Below, in pieces: positions 51,780 through 62,602 of a stretch of DNA of 64,000 bases. Location: NCBI RefSeq assembly GCF_006345805.1, contig NC_043014.1, positions 11,036,001 to 11,100,000 of the forward strand, given 5' to 3'. A program made the translations under genes and the position numbers. Source of the DNA: Octopus sinensis. Lineage: Eukaryota. Positions within the stretch are counted from its first letter, which is position 1; every line of letters begins with the position of its first letter. The notes below the pieces were generated by a model. The model was given only the letters and a program-made list of their open reading frames with translations. It searched no databases and was not told the origin of the DNA.

Positions 51780-52649
51780 TAAAAATTTTTTTTTTAAATT
51801 ATTAAAAAAATATTTGAAAAAAGTATTTTATTCCCCTCACACAAGTACGTCCAAAAGTTCATAATAAGCAGACTTCACAGGTCAAATTCAACATTCACAT
51901 ATATCTATGGCCATTTCAGGAGCTCACCACTGCAGTTTATGTACACCAATGACCCCCCTCATCAGGATAAACAGGAAACAAGAAACACACACAGATCAAA
52001 ATGTTTTTAATGAAAAGCTTATATAACTTAAAAGAACAACCCATCAGCGGACCAGTCCAAATTTTCTAAAAAGAAAAAAAAAGTCTATAGCTAAACACTC
52101 AGGTGGCTGTAGTTAACAGAAATTCAACCTCGCCAGTTTCAAATCCCCGTAACGCTAAAAACAATTTTATTACATCTACTTTTATTTCTATACACTTTCA
52201 AAAAAGTGGACGAAAACCTATGGTTGCCAAAAGGGATCACCTCAGTGAATCTATTAAAAATTTTTGGCCCAGAAGACTTAAGGATTGCAAGGGATTCATT
52301 TATACACAACTTGTACTTATTTATATTTACTCTGAAGTAAAGGGCTCTCGAAATAACGGACCATTCCAGAGAATAACTCTTATTATTCACTTTAGATCGT
52401 GTATATAAGATGCAAATGTGGTAGGGCTACAGTAATTTTCATTTTCATTTGAAAACGGGCTCATGTGTTCCCTATACCTAGCCTTAAAATTTACTGTACT
52501 ACCTATGTAAAACTTATCTAAATTATCTTCATCCTTAACAACGCATTTAAAAATTGCATTAGAAAGTAAACAGAACCCATCAAGGGGCCATAATGCAGGG
52601 TTTCTACAATTACATGATTTTCCAGGGCCATCCCTTACTTTATTTCTAC
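51780..52649 (-). mobile_element. Penelope-like retroelement 3' fragment (GIY-YIG endonuclease, frameshifted) - left arm of palindrome
   Basis: ORFs 52387-52665 and 52139-52390 give CNCRNPALWPLDGFCL..AIFKCVV..KFYIGSTVNFKARYREH..EWSVISRA..KYKLCINESLAILK..NRFTEVIPFGNHR, the Cys-linker + GIY-YIG pattern of PLEs. A 1-nt deletion at about 52389 shifts the frame. Confidence 0.85.
51898..51973 (-). ncRNA. Type I hammerhead ribozyme, intact core, in PLE 3' region
   Basis: Minus strand reads tgtttatc-CTGATGA-ggggggtc...gagctcct-GAAA-tggcca-TA-gatatatg. This gives stem I, core CUGAUGA, stem II, GAAA, palindromic stem III (AUGGCCAU) and cleavage triplet AUA. Folded by eye. Confidence 0.72.
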
Positions 52650-53570
52650 TGTAGAAATCCTGCATTTTGTCCCCTTGATGGGTTCTGTCTAATTACTAAT
52701 GCAATTTATAAATGCGTTGTTAAGGATGGGGATAATTTAGATAAGTTTTATATAGGAAGTACAGTAAATTTTAAGGCTAGGTATAGGGCCCATTTGAGCT
52801 CGTTTTCAAATGAAAAATACTGTAGCTCTACCACACTTGTTTCTTATATTATTCCTCCAAAGAGGAATAATAAGAGTTATTCTCTGGAATGGTCCGTTAT
52901 TTCGAGAGCCCCTTACTTCAGAGTAAATATAAATAAATGCAAGATGTGTGTAAAAGAATCTCTTGCCATCCTGAAGTCTTTTGGGCCCAAAACTTTGAAT
53001 AGATTCACTGAAGTGATTCCTTTTTGCAACCATAGGTTTTCGTCCACCTTTTTGAAAGTGTATAGAAATAAAATAGATGTAATAAAAATTGTTTAGCGTT
53101 ACGGGGATTTGAAACCGGTGAGGTTGAATTTCTGTTAACTATGTTTAGCAATAGACATTTTTTTTATTTTTAGAAAATTTGGACTGGTCCGCTGATGGGT
53201 TGTTCTTTTAGGTTATATAAGCTTTTTATAAAAAAAATTTATCTGTGCGTATTTCTTGTTGCCTGTATATCCTGGTGAGGGGGTCATCGCCGTGATGCAC
53301 TTTAGTGTCAATTAATCTGCGGTGGTGAGCTCCCGAAATGGCCATAGATATATGTGAATGTTGAATTTGACCTGTGAAGTCTGCTTATTATGAACTTTTG
53401 GATGTACTTGTGTGAGGGGAATAAAAGACTTTTTTAAAGATGTATGTGAATTTGACCTGTGGCAGTCTGTTTACTTATGAACTTTGGATGTCCTTGTATG
53501 AGGGAATTAAAAGACTTTTTAAAAATATTTTTTTAAATATTGAAAAAATAATTAAAAAAATTTTTTTTAA
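52650..53570 (+). mobile_element. Penelope-like retroelement 3' fragment with uninterrupted GIY-YIG endonuclease ORF - right arm of palindrome
   Basis: Stop-free frame 52650-53096: CRNPAFCPLDGFCLITNAIYKCVV..FYIGSTVNFKARYRAH..CKMCVKESLAILKSFGPKTLNRF..CNHR, with AIY/YIG, Arg, Glu and Asn motif residues present. Followed by a T-rich UTR and a ~90-bp tandem duplication (53350-53520). No RT domain present. Confidence 0.85.
53264..53354 (+). ncRNA. Type I hammerhead ribozyme, core variant CUGGUGA (probably inactive)
   Basis: tgtatatc-CTGGTGA-gggggtcatcgcc...ggtggtgagctccc-GAAA-tggcca-TA-gatatatg. Stem I 8 bp, stem II ~13 bp with one bulge; A6 replaced by G. Confidence 0.65.
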
Positions 53571-53863
53571 ATGCAGGAAGTGCTTGAGTTCGAGGTCTCT
53601 AACCCTACGACCCACCCAAGAATAATGAGTGGTGAAAATGGGTAGATGGATGGATGGATTGATGGATGAACATCAAAAAAGACTTCGACGTCGTCTAACA
53701 CAAAATTATACTAAAGAGATTCCCGTGTATGGACCCAGTCTGTTTCTCATCTGAAGTCGAAATGTGCATTAAGGGGTTTCTTTCTAGCCCTCATTTTATG
53801 AGCACAATTATTTAAAGCTTCTTTTAAGTTTCTAAAAACTCCTTACTGTGTATTATCAACATA

Positions 53864-54026
53864 GGCGCAGGAGTGGCTATGTAGTAAGTAGCTTGCTTAT
53901 CAACCACATGGTTCCGGGTTCAGTCCCACTGCGTGGCACCTTGGGCAAATGTCTTCTACTATAACCTCAAGCCGACCAAAGCCTTGTGAATAGATTTGGC
54001 AGACAGAAACTGAAAGAAGCCCGTCG

Positions 54027-54060
<34 letters not shown>

Positions 54061-54360
54061 TGTATGTATGTATGTATGTATGTATGTAGTATGTATGTAT
54101 GTATGTATGTATGTATGTGTGTATGTATGTATTTATTTGTATGTATATGTTTGTGCGTCTGTGTTTGTCTCCCCAACATTGCTCGACAACCGATGGTGGT
54201 GTGTTTACGTCTCCGTAACTTAGCGGTTCGGCAAAAGAGACCGATAGAATAAGTATTAGGCTTACAAAGAATAAGTCCTGGGGTCGATTTGCTCGACTAA
54301 AGGCGGTGCTCCAGCATGGCCGCAGTCAAATGACTGAAACAAGTAAGAGAGTAAAAGAGT
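53864..54360 (+). mobile_element. CORE-like SINE with expanded (TATG)n
   Basis: Full-length match. Confidence 0.8.
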
Positions 54361-54839
54361 AACAAAACCATCGCTATACACTTCCATTCTCTGATATCAC
54401 CATTCATTCCTTTCAAAAGCGTTACACACTGGTCCCGATTATAGACTGTAATAGGAAAACTGATAGTCCAAAGACAGCTATTGTTGAGAATCAAGTCCAC
54501 AAAACTGTCAGACAAATCGCCACGAATCATTGCCGAAGACAAACCTGACGATAGGTATGGTGGGGAAGAAAGCAACTTGCCATCAAAGACGTTGTCCAGA
54601 ATCAAGAACCTGGTTAATTAAATGCATGCAACAAAACAGGGAACTGGAATGCCTTGGCAAGTTGACCCCTGGACGTACGTAGGATCTACCTAATGAGTTC
54701 ATTTTGTACATTTTAGGTCTAAAATATAATTACAAACTTTATCTATAGAGCTTAACAGAAGTTACTCTGGGCAATATTTTCCTTGGCTTAATTTGTTATG
54801 TACATCTTAGATCTGTAATTTAGGAGCAAGATAATGGAA

Positions 54840-55626
54840 CTAGCAGTATCGCCCGACGTTGCTTGGGTTGGTTTCGACCCTTTAGAATTGGAATTTTTGC
54901 AAAGTAAAAATTCTGCATTATGTAGCTTATTATTCTCTTTAAGTGAACATTTTTCTGGTTGAAGTACACCGAAAAATGGCGACACAGCAGTAAAAAAACC
55001 GTAAAAAATAGGGATTTTCATAGAAAAAAATGCACCTTTGTGATGTACATAATTTTTGTTGTTAGCATGGTCCGATTTGAATTTTTTCTTCTACTGCAGG
55101 AAGAGCAAGCCTTCTTCTATCATACTCTCAATTTTGGTCAACTTGTGCCGCAGGGTCTCGGAGGAGATAGTGTTTGTTGAAGGCTGCCAAACCTGCCATA
55201 CACAGACAACTTCAGCTTTATATATAGAGACTAGCAGTATCGCCCGGCGTTGCTCGGGTTTGTTTCGACCCTTTAGAATTGGAATTTTTGAAAAGTAAAA
55301 ACTTTGCATTATGTAGCTTGTTATTCTCTTTAAGTGAACGTTTTTCTGGTTGAAATACACCGAAAAATGGCGATACAGCAGTCAAAAAATCGTAGAAAAT
55401 AAGGATTTTCATAGAAAAAAAGCACCTTTTTTATGTAAATAATTTTTGGTGTTAACATGGTCCGATTTGAATTTTTCTTGTACGGAAGGAAGAGCAAGCA
55501 TTCTTCTATCATACTCTCAATTTTGGTCAACTTGCGCCGCAGGTCTCGGAGGAGATAGTGTTTGTTGAAGGCTACCAAATCTTCCACATACACACAGACA
55601 ACTTCAGCTTTATATATATATATAGA
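54840..55626 (-). mobile_element. Tandem pair of non-autonomous Helitron units (second family)
   Basis: Two ~390-bp units with the same TC...hairpin-CTAG ends; junction at 55230/55231. Confidence 0.75.
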
Positions 55627-56294
55627 TATATAGATTAACATTACACTCTCACTTTTATTTATCACGTCTGCTAGTTACGAAGCTTCTCGAAGTATATCAG
55701 TTAACTTATCATTTTCATTCTCACCGAAATGTTCTGTGGTCAGCGAAGCAGTAAAAGAGCAACAGCATTTGAAGTTGCAAAAACACCGAAATGTCAATGT
55801 AATCTTTTTTCATGGTTGATTGAATAAATACTTTGAAAGAGAAATGAAGCTCTTATCGTTGTAACATGACGTACATAAAACTACGGACTTCAGATCTGAA
55901 GGTGAACTTGCATTGTTGATCTTTGCTGGTGTTAATGCTAGCTTTCGTATTATATGAAATATGGCCAGTAGGTAACGAGTCGAAGGTCGAGCCAGCATGG
56001 GAACAAACTAGTCTTATGTGATGAGCGCACTTTTCTCTTCGCTCTTTTACACCACATGGGCTCAACTCTCCTCCCCACTTCATCTAACACCTTCCTCCTT
56101 CCTCTCTCCCTCTCACACCTACTTCCTCCCTTCACTCCCACCACTTCTCCTCTCTTCTCTTGCTCTGACACCTATTTCCTCCCTTCACTCCTACCCACTT
56201 TCTCACTTCCACCCTCTCCCTTCATCCTCACCTCTCCATCGTTACTCCACTCCTACACATTCCTACTCCCAGCATGCGAACAAACTAGTCAAAG

Positions 56295-56770
56295 CACTTA
56301 TTCTTTGTAAGCATAGTATTTATTCTATCGGGCGCTTTTTGCCGAACTGATAAGTTGCGGGGATGTAAACACACCAACATCGTTTGTCAAGCGATGGTGG
56401 GGGACAAACACAAACAGAAAGACAGGCACACACACATATATGACGAGCTTCTTTCAATTTCTGTCTACCAAATCTACTCACAAGGCTTTGGTCGGCCCGA
56501 GGTTATAGTATAAGACACTGATCCAAATTGCCACGCAGTGGGCCCGAACCCGGAACCTCGTGGATGACGGACAACAAGAGAACGTGCACAAGAAATATAT
56601 TAACTTGAGGTTCGGTGAAAAGAGTAAATTTGAGGTTTTGAGCATAGCTCTTTGTCGGAAAGGAGAAAGGAAAAAGTTCGAAGAAGGAAAAGAAATCACC
56701 AGCAGCATGTGTAATTACGAGGGGGTACCCAAATGCAAGCTACTTACCACAACAGCCACTCCTGCGCCTA
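56295..56770 (-). mobile_element. CORE-like SINE with ~170-bp insert in its head
   Basis: Head interrupted at about 56562-56732. Confidence 0.7.
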
Positions 56771-57038
56771 TATGCTGTACATTAGCTCACACCGTCCTTC
56801 AAATCAATGTTATCTGAACAGGTGCACGGTGTACCAGGCGTCAGGTGGCGAAGCGATCACTGAGCGACGCGAGATGAAGTGCATTACTCAAGCACACAAC
56901 GCACTACCCAGTCTAGGAATTGAAACCACAATCTCGCGATTGCGAGTACAGCACCCTAACCACTAGGCCACGCATCCTCACGTGTACGAGGGAGTGCTGA
57001 AAAGTTCCTAGCTTTAGGGGTTTTGCAAAAGACCTGGC

Positions 57039-57106
<68 letters not shown>

Positions 57107-57344
57107 GAGGGGAAGACAGAGTGAGAAAGAGAGAATGAGAGAGATAAAGAATGTGAAAGAGATGGCAATATGATATAAATTCGAATGGAATACATTTAGG
57201 GAATCGATACATGAACTGTTTATAAAGTTATCGCTAAAATCAAATAAAGGTACCATCTGATTATCTTTATAAATGTGTTTTTTAAGTGAGTTTGTTTTAA
57301 AATAATTCGCATCAGTTTGAATATAGATCATATCAGATCAATTT

Positions 57345-57537
57345 TTGTATGTATGTATGTATGTATGTATGTATGTATGTATGTATGTATGTATGTATGT
57401 ATGTATGTATGTATGCATGTATGTATGTATGTATGTATGCATGCATGCATGTATGTATGTATGTATGTATGTATGTATGTATGTATGCATGTATGTGTGG
57501 ATATATGTGTATATGTTGTGTACGCATATATATATAT

Positions 57538-57568
<31 letters not shown>

Positions 57569-57577
57569 TATATATAT

Positions 57578-57642
<65 letters not shown>

Positions 57643-57725
57643 TAGATATGTATGTATAAACATATATGCATACATACACACACACATCAGATCAATTTTG
57701 TATGTATGTATGCATGTACGTGTGT

Positions 57726-57771
<46 letters not shown>

Positions 57772-57935
57772 GTTTGTGTATGCATACATATATGTATATA
57801 TATATATATGTGTATGTATGTTGTATGTATATACGTATATGCATACACACACACACTGCATACACACACATACATAGTTACACACACCACACATATACAT
57901 ATACATGCATATGTATACACAGACACATTCTCATA
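57345..57935. repeat. Compound (TATG)n/(TA)n/(CA)n microsatellite directly upstream of the MMP TATA box
   Basis: Direct reading; includes a duplicated ATCAGATCAATTTT-(TATG) unit at 57331 and 57686. Confidence 0.9.
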
Positions 57936-57937
57936 CA

Positions 57938-57976
57938 TATATAAATGTCAGGTCCCAGTGTTACCAACATCACATT
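57938..57976 (+). promoter_or_regulatory. Candidate TATA/initiator core promoter of the MMP gene
   Basis: TATATAAA at 57938-57945 with a pyrimidine-A-pyrimidine Inr-like CATCACATT about 30 nt downstream and ~55 nt of 5' UTR before the ATG. An upstream non-coding exon (acceptor gtcag| at 57951) is an alternative. Confidence 0.4.
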
Positions 57977-58028
57977 TGCCTTCAAGCATTTTCCCCGAAA
58001 CGGCCTGCGTTTGAAGAGATTCACCACA

Positions 58029-58154
58029 ATGAATGCCTACAGAACCGTTTTATATCTATGTACCCTGGCTATTTTGAACCTGGACGTGTGTCTGGCTACA
58101 GAAACCTTGCAGTACGGAGGTAGTGGCAAGCCTTCTAATAAGACAGATGTTGAG
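58029..58154 (+). CDS. MMP: Matrix metalloproteinase, coding exon 1 (signal peptide)
   Basis: ATG at 58029 gives MNAYRTVLYLCTLAILNLDVCLATETLQYGGSGKPSNKTDVE (42 aa). Hydrophobic core then VCLA-TE cleavage-like site; ends phase 0 at GAG|gtaatc and joins in frame to the YLKRYGYL exon. Family-level symbol only; paralogue not assignable. Confidence 0.8.
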
Positions 58155-58414
58155 GTAATCTCTTATTTTTCACTTAAGTTTTCAATGCAGTGAGCAAGAA
58201 AAAATTACACGCAGTTATGAGGTGAGGAAAAGACATTTACAAGGGAGAGAATTCAGGATGTGTTTCTATGTCATTTTGTCAATGACAGAACACTAGCAAT
58301 ATGCCTGGAAATATATTTGTTTTTAAGTACCGTACTTGCCGACAACGCATGTGGTTGGAGTTTTGTACTCTTTATCACAAGGCTGTGGTTTCAATTCCCA
58401 GACTGGCGGCCTGG

Positions 58415-58552
58415 TACTTTATTTTATCGGGAATTTTTGCCGAACCGCTAAGTTATGGAGACGCAAACACCCCAGCATCGGTTGTCAAGTGATGTTGAGG
58501 GGACAAACACAGACACACAAATACACACACACAGACACAGACACACACACAC

Positions 58553-58588
<36 letters not shown>

Positions 58589-58870
58589 CGACGGGCTTCT
58601 TTCAGTTTCCGTCTACCAAATCCATTGACAAGGTTTCGGTTGGCCCGAGGCTATAGTAGAAGACACTTGTCCAAGGTACCACGCAGTGGGACTGAATCCG
58701 GAACCATGTGGTTGGTAAGCAGGCTACTTACCACACAGCCACTCCTGCGCCTATATGTGTATACGACAGGCTTATTTCAGTTTTCATAAACCAAATCCAC
58801 TCGCAAGACTTTGGGCAGTCTAAGGCTATTGTAGAAAACGCTTGCCCAAGTACCCACACAGTGGGAATGA
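58415..58870 (-). mobile_element. CORE-like SINE (with second decayed head) in MMP intron 1
   Basis: Body and head match. Confidence 0.75.
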
Positions 58871-59439
58871 ACCCGGAATCGTGTGGTTGGGAAGATCGTA
58901 TGTTATTGGACAGAGAGCCAGGTGAGCACAAGTCAGCTAGGTACATTAAACAAACCAAACTATCAGAACCTGTTAGCTCAAACGAAAAATGGCATACACT
59001 TCGTCAGCGGTTACAAGGGTCGATCACATGGTCTCCTGTATCCTTGCTTTCCCGATATGCATAACACCCGCCTGATACATGTTTTATAACATTTACCTTC
59101 TACTTGTTTTAGTTAGTAGACTGTGGCCATGCTGGGGCACCGATTTAAAGAATTTTGGTCGAACAAATGGACACCAGTACTTACAGTTTTTAAAGTCTGA
59201 TAGTTACTCTAATCGAGTGTGCTTTGCCGAACCGTTAAGTTTCGGGGATATAAACACACCGATCGCGGTGTTGCACTTTGAAGAGACCACTTCAGTTACT
59301 AACTAATGGTGCAAAAATTCTGTTGTCTATCAAGAGAGACGCATGTCAGAATATGATACAGATAAATCTGGTAGTTTTTGTGTCAGCTACCTTTCTGCAA
59401 TGTTTACGGCTATCTAGGTTTGCTGTTGCTGTTTGTTTG

Positions 59440-59800
59440 TTTGTTGAGCGAAGCGGTCTTCGTCCCAGTAGTGGGAGAAGTCCGAAACGTGGTCCTTTTG
59501 CTATTCGTAAGACCCGCAGAAGAGAAAGCAAGTCAACCCCCGACACCGAGAGCATCGACGGATGGATAAATGCGCATCCAGGATCAGCGGTTGCGTAGGA
59601 AGTCTGGGACAAGAAACAGGAAGAAAGAGTGAGAGAAAGTTGGAGCGAAAGAGTACAACAGGGGTCGCCACCGCACCCTGCCGTAGCCTCGTGGAGCTTT
59701 AGGTGTTTTTCACTCAATAAATACACACAACGCCCGGTCTGGGAATCGAAACCGCGATCTTCCGACCGCGAGTCCGCTGCCCTAACCACTGAGCCATTGC
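59440..59800 (-). mobile_element. tRNA-headed SINE with (AACA)n tail in MMP intron 1
   Basis: Head GCAATGGCTCAGTGGTTAGGGCAGCGG..GTTTCGATTCCC; the same head with a different body lies at 21000-21305 (-). Confidence 0.7.
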
Positions 59801-59986
59801 GCTGTTGCTATTGCTGTTGTTGTTTAGTCCAAGCTTATCTCCCGTTTGAGCAGACATATGACCAAGGGTCTTCTTGTCAGATCTACCCTGTTCATCTTGG
59901 AGGTGGAAGGGTATGATTTGAGGGATATTGGGATGTTGTTTCTTGAAAGTTGAACAACCACACAGAGACAACATTCTATGATAGCG

Positions 59987-60262
59987 CTTCTTCTTCTTAA
60001 TCCTTTTTTGCCCCTCGTGGAGCATAGGGCCTCAACAGTTGTTTTCCACTTTTTGCGGTCATTGACGTGTTTCTTGGCTGCTTCCCATGTCAGGCCGGTG
60101 GTCCTGAGCTCGTCCAAAATGCTCCGCTTCCATGCCTGTTTCGGGCGTCCTCGCTTCCTCTTTTATCCCGGCGGGTTCCAGTCAAGTGCTTGTCGTGTCA
60201 TATTTGAGGGTTCTTTCCGCAGTGTGTGTCCGATCTATCTCCATTTCCTTCGTCTAATCTGA
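59987..60262 (-). mobile_element. RTE-clade LINE 3' end with (GAA)n tail in MMP intron 1
   Basis: GHTLRKEPSNMTRQALDWNPPG*KRKRGRPKQAWKRSILDELRTTGLTWEAAKKHVNDRKKWKTTVEALCSTRG. Confidence 0.75.
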
Positions 60263-60344
60263 ACATAGTGCTCCAGGTCTCTGTAAAAGCCGCCAATTAA
60301 ATGACTGAACAAAACGTTGTATGTATGTATATAATTGTTAATGT

Positions 60345-60770
60345 ATCCTCTTTACTCTTTACTATTTTACTTGTTTCAGTCATTTGACTGCGGCCATGCT
60401 GGAGCACCGCCTTTAATCGAGCAACTCGACACCGGAACTTATTCTTTGTAAGCCCAGTACTTATTCTATCGGTCTCTTTTGCCGAACTGCTAAGTTACGG
60501 TGATGTAAACACACCAGCATCGATTGTCAAGCGATGTTGGGTGGACAAACACAGACACACAAACACACACACACATATATATATATATACATATATACGA
60601 CGGGCTTCTTTCAGTTTCCGTCTACCAAATCCACTCACAAGGCTTTGGTCGGCCCGAGGCGATAGTAGAAGACACTTGCCCAAGATGCCACGCAGTGGGA
60701 CTGAACCCGGAACCATGTGGCTGGTAAACAAGCTACTTACCACACAGCCACTCCTGCACCTATATCCGAA
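60345..60770 (-). mobile_element. CORE-like SINE in MMP intron 1
   Basis: Full-length match. Confidence 0.8.
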
Positions 60771-61004
60771 AAAGAAGCACAATCTAAAGTATAAAGCTGT
60801 GACCAATGGTTTCGCATCCACAAAGGGCTTAGATCCATGGATGTTTCGTCAGACTCTAAAGCCGAAGATAATGTAATTCAGAGAGAGTGAGAAGCGTGGT
60901 GGGTGGCGGTGAGAAAGAAGAAAGAAAGCGAGTGAAAATGAAAGAAAGGAATATTATGTACATTGGTAATCGTTTTAATTTAATTTATCTTTTATTTTCT
61001 ACAG

Positions 61005-61084
61005 GGCTATTTGAAACGCTACGGCTATTTGACTGAAAGACCTTATGGTTCTGCATCCTTAGGAGAAATGACCGACGCTCTCAA
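61005..61084 (+). CDS. MMP: Matrix metalloproteinase, coding exon 2 (pro-domain start)
   Basis: Acceptor ttttattttctacag|, 80 nt encoding GYLKRYGYLTERPYGSASLGEMTDAL(K), donor AA|gtaagg (phase 2). YLxxYGYL...AL is the conserved start of the MMP pro-domain. Confidence 0.92.
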
Positions 61085-62602
61085 GTAAGGAAGATTACTT
61101 AAATTATTTCATTGTATAAAAGTACCTTAGGATTTGAACCCACATCCATTGAAGACTCCGGCCAAGTGCTTTACCATTAAGCTAAACTGCCGGTTGACGA
61201 ATTAATTCGCAATTTTAGACGTAGACCAATAATTGAAACAAGTATAAAATTAAAATATTTCATTGATATTGAGCGAAGAATCGAACACGAAACATATGGC
61301 CTTTTGAAGGTTAACCAATTTATTTGTCCTGTTGATTAGAAACTGCCCAGACTGTTGTAAGGTTTATAAACCAGTAAAGGTTAACATAACAAGTTCACCT
61401 TCAGAGCCGAAGCTTTCCGTTCGTCATAGTAGGATAATATTTATAGCTTCGTTTGTATTGTTAAATATTTTCACTTCACCGACCATGGAAGAAATAATCC
61501 GCATTGACCTTTTAATGTCCTTGCATGTCGAAATGCTGTTGCTGTTTTACTGCCTTATTGTTCACTGAACAATATGGCGAAAATGAAAGTAATAAGAAGT
61601 CAGCCAGTATACTTCAAGATCATTCTTGAGCTAGCAGACGTGAGAAAATATCATTGGCAATGTTATGTTAAGATTATATGGCTATAGTTAACCTTGGACA
61701 CGGCTTGTTCTTTACATTTAAAATATATATAAACAAACCAAACCAAACCAAACCAAGGACATACACATACATACACACACACGCTGCTCCAGCTCTTAAG
61801 GTCATATCTATTTTGCTGTCATAGTTATATTCCTTGGTTTTTTTCGCCAGTCTTTTTTCTATTAATTTTCTAATCTTTTGATCTTTTATTTTTTTTTTTT
61901 ACGTCTAGAATGTTTTTTTAAAATTTGTTATTCTTTTTTTGTTTTATTTCATTTTTTAAAATACTTATTTTGGTTCTTCTCTGTTTGACTCACGCATTTC
62001 AGTACCTTAATTTTTTTAATTTTGTTCCAATTGATTTCAAAGTTGATGTGTTGATGTAGTTTTGTATGCTAATTATGGAAATGAAACTCATTTTTGCTAT
62101 AAATAAATAAATAAATAAATAAATAAATATCTTTTAAAGTTTGCACATTTTGGGTAATTTTAACCAATCGAAAGCCACAGATATATTGTTGCCTGTTTCC
62201 GTAGTAACAAGCCAAGGTATAACCTGCTTATGCCAATCAAAATCACAGACATATTGGTACCTGTTTCCATAGTAACATGTCATGTTTTCATAGACAGATA
62301 TCATGTTAAAACTGCTAGCTTCCAAATGCTGTTTTTTTTTTGTAAAATAGATTTAAATAGATTAAATTTAAATAAATTAAATACATTAAACCTATGAAAT
62401 AAAATTTAAAAAGAAATTGTTATTGTTAAATTTGGGGATGGTCGTATATTTGTCCGAGGCTATAACAGAAAATACTTGCCCAAGGTACCACGCAGTAGGA
62501 CTGAACCCGGAACAATTTGGTTTAAGAAGCAAGCTTCTTAACATACAGTCACTTCTGAGCTTATAGGTTAGCTTTATGCTCCTTTTCTCACCTTTACTAA
62601 TT

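Noticed and set aside
57945-58028. In-frame upstream ATG extending the MMP N-terminus by 28 aa
   Set aside because: It overlaps the TATA-like motif and would bury the signal peptide; ATG 58029 fits better. Not formally excluded.
59378-59420. YGYL-encoding string resembling a duplicate of MMP exon 2
   Set aside because: YL and YGYL are out of frame, the match is only ~10 nt and there is no further similarity; likely chance.
61120-61191. tRNA-like sequence on the minus strand with A and B boxes
   Set aside because: Acceptor and anticodon stems do not pair; treated as a SINE head or pseudo-tRNA. The same applies to the heads at 123, 21300, 56975 and 59800.
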